Part shown: positions 33,994-37,031 of the stretch, piece by piece | Numbering within the stretch: position 1 is the first letter of the stretch | Layout of the letters: the number at the start of each line of letters is the position of its first letter | Source of the DNA: a virus | Strand: one strand, 5' to 3' | Virus genome (UHGV): UHGV-0204068 | Length of the DNA: 37,031 nt | Position numbers and translations under genes: made by a program | The notes under the pieces: model-generated | Told to the model about the DNA's origin: nothing | What the model saw: only the letters and a program-made list of their open reading frames with translations | The model's database searches: none

Positions 33994-36900
33994 TGGACAG
34001 CATCAGAATTGCGATTTTAAGTGCAAATAACACGCCAGTAGCGTACATGGATAATGCTCATAAAAAGTCCATGCACTACTGGAATGATGAGCTGCACGAA
34101 TACTTGCAGGGTACAGCAAATACGTACACCTTTACGGTCAATGCAAAGCACTCGGATGCACAGCATATCACAGCCGGGAATAAGGTGGCGTTTAATTATA
34201 AGGGTAAATCCTATTATCTAAATATCGTAAATACCGACCAGACAGAGCAGACGATCACTGCCACGGCATGGTCACTGTCGTTTGAGTTAATTAACGAGGA
34301 TGCTGGCGAATATAAAGCCGAAAAAGCAATGAGTTTTGAAGAGTACCTTGCCGTATTTGACGCAGAGAGAACACTAAAATTGGGGCTCAACGAGGTATCG
34401 GACAAGCGGGTCACCAACGAATGGACAGGTACAACGTCCGTATTAAAGAGATTGTTTTCTCTGGCCAACGTATTTTCCGCGGAAATCGAATTTGAGACGG
34501 TCTTAAACAGGGACTACTCTTTAAAAGAGATCGTCCTAAATGTCTACAGAGAACACGGTGATGCAGACAGTGGAATCGGAGAATACAGGAACGACATCGT
34601 ACTGCGATATGGAAAAGGAATTACCGGAATCCGAAAAACCACAGATGCAGAGAAGCTTTACACATGTATCCAGCCGACAGGAAAAGACGGTCTGACAATC
34701 AATGGTCTTGACAAGAAAGAATACGATGAAAACGGCAATATCGAGTACTTTACAGACGGCGCGATCATCCGGGCACCGCAAGCAAGGGACCGGTTCCCGT
34801 CCAATATTGTAAATAAGACGGATGCTTATATCTTGATGCGGAAAGAGTATGATACGGACAGTAAGGACAAGCTCTATAGCATGGCTTTATCTGATCTAAA
34901 AGTTGCATCTGAGCCAGTAGTGACCTACGAGGTGGATGGATATTTTGACACCAACATCGGGGATACAGTAAGGATGCAGGATCAGGAGTGGACACCAGTC
35001 CTTTATTTACAAGCGAGAGTGTCCGAACAGATCAGGAGTCTGACCAATCCAAAGACAGCAAAGACGGTATTTACAAACTACAAAGAGCTGACATCCGAGA
35101 TTTCAGACAGCTTATTGCAGAGGATGGAAGACCTTATTAACAAAAACAAGGTTTACACCTGCTCTATCTCCACAAACAATGGCATTATCTTTAAAAATGG
35201 CATCGGTAGCACCACTCTGACCGCCTACGCCTACGATAACGGCGTGGATGTGGCAGGCAAGCTGCAATTCCGGTGGAGCAAGGATGGGACAGAGTTTTAT
35301 GTTGGACGGAGTGTGACGGTAAATGCATCTGATGTGGATGTAAAAGCAGTGTACTCGTTTGAAGTTCTGGAAAATGGGATAAAACGTGGGTATTACGAGG
35401 TTACAGTGACGGATGTAATGGACGGAGAGGATGGAAAGGATGGGGAACAGGGTCCTCAGGGTGAGAAAGGAGAGCAAGGCGAACAGGGACCTCCTGGTCC
35501 ACAAGGAGCTCCGGGATTGGATGGTATACAGGGTCCAAAAGGTGATCAGGGAATCCCGGGAAAAGACGGAGTTGACGGGAAAACACAGTATACACACATT
35601 GCTTACGCAAACAGCGCAGATGGCAGAACGGATTTTTCCGTGTCCGACAGCAACCGAGAATATATCGGAATGTATGTTGATTTTACTCCAAACGACAGCA
35701 CAGACCCGACAAAATACGCATGGAGCAAGATCAAAGGCGCAGACGGGACGGTCGGAACACCCGGAAAGCCGGGAGCGGATGGAAAGACCCCATATCTACA
35801 TATCGCCTACGCGAACAGTGCAGATGGCAAGACGGGATTTTCCACCACGGATGGTACAAATAAGCTCTATATCGGGCAGTATACAGATTATATACAGGCA
35901 GACAGTACAGATGCTACGAAGTATACATGGACAAAAATTAAAGGCGAAAATGGACAGGATGGCCATGACGGAGCGGACGGTCAAGACGGTGTTGGAATTG
36001 AGAGTGTAACAAAATATTATCTGGCAAGTGAAAAAAACTCTGGAATTACGGTAAGTATGCCGGGATGGACTACGACAATGCAGCAAATGACAGAGACAAA
36101 GAAATACTTATGGAGCTACGAAACAATCGCCTATACAGACGGAACATCTACCAAGACAACACCTGTTATTATCGGAGTACACGGACAGAATGGTGCGGAC
36201 GGGGATTCCGGTATTATCGTATCCCCTACAGCACCAGAAAATCCTAAAGTTGGACAGTTATGGCAAACAGCGTCCGGACAGCCAATTAAACGGTGGGATG
36301 GTAGCAGATGGGTGTTATACTACATTTCAGTGGAAAATCTGGACGTGCAGACATTGAGTGCAATTACTGCAAACCTCGGAACGATAAACGCGGGGACGAT
36401 AGCAAGCAACAACGGCAATATGCTTATAGACGCTAATTCCGGTAAAATCGTAAGTAAATTAATGGATAATGGAGTTGTTGACAGCACGATGGATCTGAAT
36501 ACCGCATCCCTTACGTTTTCCGGCAAGGACTCAGGAAACAATCCTGCAAATATGACTTTTTCAATGCAGGGTCTGGCATATACAAACCAGAATACCGGAG
36601 GACGCTCGAAACTCGTGTTGGCAGACGGTGATATATATGCACAGAACGGAAATAATCCATTAATTGGGTTATCGTCGTACAGTAAATACGATTCAGGAGA
36701 AATTAAAGGTCCTTTCCCAGAAATAAATCCTTCCAATTTTATAAAAATAGAGCTTATAAGGACTGCTTTTGTTGTAACCTGTACAATTACTATGCAAGCA
36801 CAGTTCCCATGGGAGGGAAGGTTTGAAGAAATAGTAGAGCTAAGAATCCCTGATAGATACAGACCTGCGATAGATGTGCTAGTTCCAATAAGTGAGGTTA

Positions 36901-37025
36901 CCAACGGATTAATATTCGGAACAGGTAGGTACTTAATCAGAAAGAACGGCTCAATAGCTATAGATGTGAAAAATTATTCGTATCTTGAAAGAATACTTAC
37001 AACTACTTGGATAACAGAAAACTAA
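33993..37025 (+). CDS. tail-associated lysin/Tal (baseplate hub) with collagen-like Gly-X-Y repeats and tandem repeated domains
   Basis: 1010 aa. N-terminal Tal-like region, then GEDGKDGEQGPQGEKGEQGEQGPPGPQGAPGLDGIQGPKGDQGIPGKDGVDGK and two further collagen-like blocks, separating ~85-aa repeats (TQYTHIAYANSADGRTDF... / TPYLHIAYANSADGKTGF...). Runs to the window edge. Confidence 0.7.
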   Translation: MDSIRIAILSANNTPVAYMDNAHKKSMHYWNDELHEYLQGTANTYTFTVNAKHSDAQHITAGNKVAFNYKGKSYYLNIVNTDQTEQTITATAWSLSFELINEDAGEYKAEKAMSFEEYLAVFDAERTLKLGLNEVSDKRVTNEWTGTTSVLKRLFSLANVFSAEIEFETVLNRDYSLKEIVLNVYREHGDADSGIGEYRNDIVLRYGKGITGIRKTTDAEKLYTCIQPTGKDGLTINGLDKKEYDENGNIEYFTDGAIIRAPQARDRFPSNIVNKTDAYILMRKEYDTDSKDKLYSMALSDLKVASEPVVTYEVDGYFDTNIGDTVRMQDQEWTPVLYLQARVSEQIRSLTNPKTAKTVFTNYKELTSEISDSLLQRMEDLINKNKVYTCSISTNNGIIFKNGIGSTTLTAYAYDNGVDVAGKLQFRWSKDGTEFYVGRSVTVNASDVDVKAVYSFEVLENGIKRGYYEVTVTDVMDGEDGKDGEQGPQGEKGEQGEQGPPGPQGAPGLDGIQGPKGDQGIPGKDGVDGKTQYTHIAYANSADGRTDFSVSDSNREYIGMYVDFTPNDSTDPTKYAWSKIKGADGTVGTPGKPGADGKTPYLHIAYANSADGKTGFSTTDGTNKLYIGQYTDYIQADSTDATKYTWTKIKGENGQDGHDGADGQDGVGIESVTKYYLASEKNSGITVSMPGWTTTMQQMTETKKYLWSYETIAYTDGTSTKTTPVIIGVHGQNGADGDSGIIVSPTAPENPKVGQLWQTASGQPIKRWDGSRWVLYYISVENLDVQTLSAITANLGTINAGTIASNNGNMLIDANSGKIVSKLMDNGVVDSTMDLNTASLTFSGKDSGNNPANMTFSMQGLAYTNQNTGGRSKLVLADGDIYAQNGNNPLIGLSSYSKYDSGEIKGPFPEINPSNFIKIELIRTAFVVTCTITMQAQFPWEGRFEEIVELRIPDRYRPAIDVLVPISEVTNGLIFGTGRYLIRKNGSIAIDVKNYSYLERILTTTWITEN
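35431..36000 (+). repeat. collagen-like triplet repeats and diverged ~250-bp tandem duplication inside the Tal gene
   Basis: Gly codon every third position. The two repeat units are ~75% identical at DNA level, and they generate spurious long alternate-frame ORFs (e.g. 35431-36009). Confidence 0.6.
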
Positions 37026-37031
37026 GCGGAA

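Noticed and set aside
35112-36247. Long alternate-frame ORFs (35112-35597 minus, 35431-36009 plus, 35796-36086 minus, 36065-36247 plus) in the Tal region
   Set aside because: Produced by the collagen-like triplet periodicity and GC-rich repeats, which keep several frames open. Translations are Pro/Arg/His-rich nonsense and lack starts with an RBS.
1-37031. CRISPR arrays, IS elements/transposases, rRNA genes
   Set aside because: No evenly spaced direct repeats, no transposase-like ORF, and no rRNA-like conserved stretches were seen. The only recombinase is the phage serine integrase.

Overview
This window reads as an essentially complete temperate siphovirus (prophage) genome of about 37 kb from a low-GC Gram-positive host (Clostridia/Lachnospiraceae-like codon usage, AGGAGG-type RBSs). 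Almost all genes are on the + strand and follow the canonical modular order. Positions 1-4031 hold a tail fiber/receptor-binding gene and a lysis cassette (XhlA-like protein, phiLC3-type holin, Amidase_2 endolysin). Positions 4246-5373 hold a three-gene antisense accessory module of unknown function. Positions 5563-6957 encode a large serine recombinase (integrase), and 7133-7663 a lipoprotein. Positions 8291-9007 form a divergent CI-like/Cro-like genetic switch with consensus sigma70 promoters and repeated ATTCAATnnnATTGAAT operators. Next come an ORF6N antirepressor, a recombination module (ERF-like SSAP, NinB, NinG-like, RusA), replication genes (replisome organizer with internal iteron-like repeats, DnaC-like loader), and a run of small accessory genes (Lar restriction-alleviation, YopX, DUF551, Cys-rich proteins). 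An ArpU-like late regulator, two phage-encoded tRNAs (one clean tRNA-Lys-UUU, one atypical) and a DUF4417 gene precede the packaging and morphogenesis genes: small and large terminase, portal, Mu-F-like minor head protein, GP20-like scaffold, major capsid, connectors, major tail, chaperones, tape measure, Dit, and a collagen-repeat-containing Tal. Gene order runs off the right edge (Tal) and resumes at the left edge (tail-associated ORF, fiber, lysis), so the contig looks like a circularly permuted or complete phage genome. The most unusual items are a G10 homopolymer that splits a gene upstream of the terminase into two frames, the unannotatable antisense module beside the integrase flanked by perfect palindromes, inverted-repeat attP candidates on both sides of the serine integrase gene, an antisense small gene embedded in the early operon, and a degenerate tRNA-like gene. 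All calls are from reading the sequence and ORF translations; no database searches were possible.
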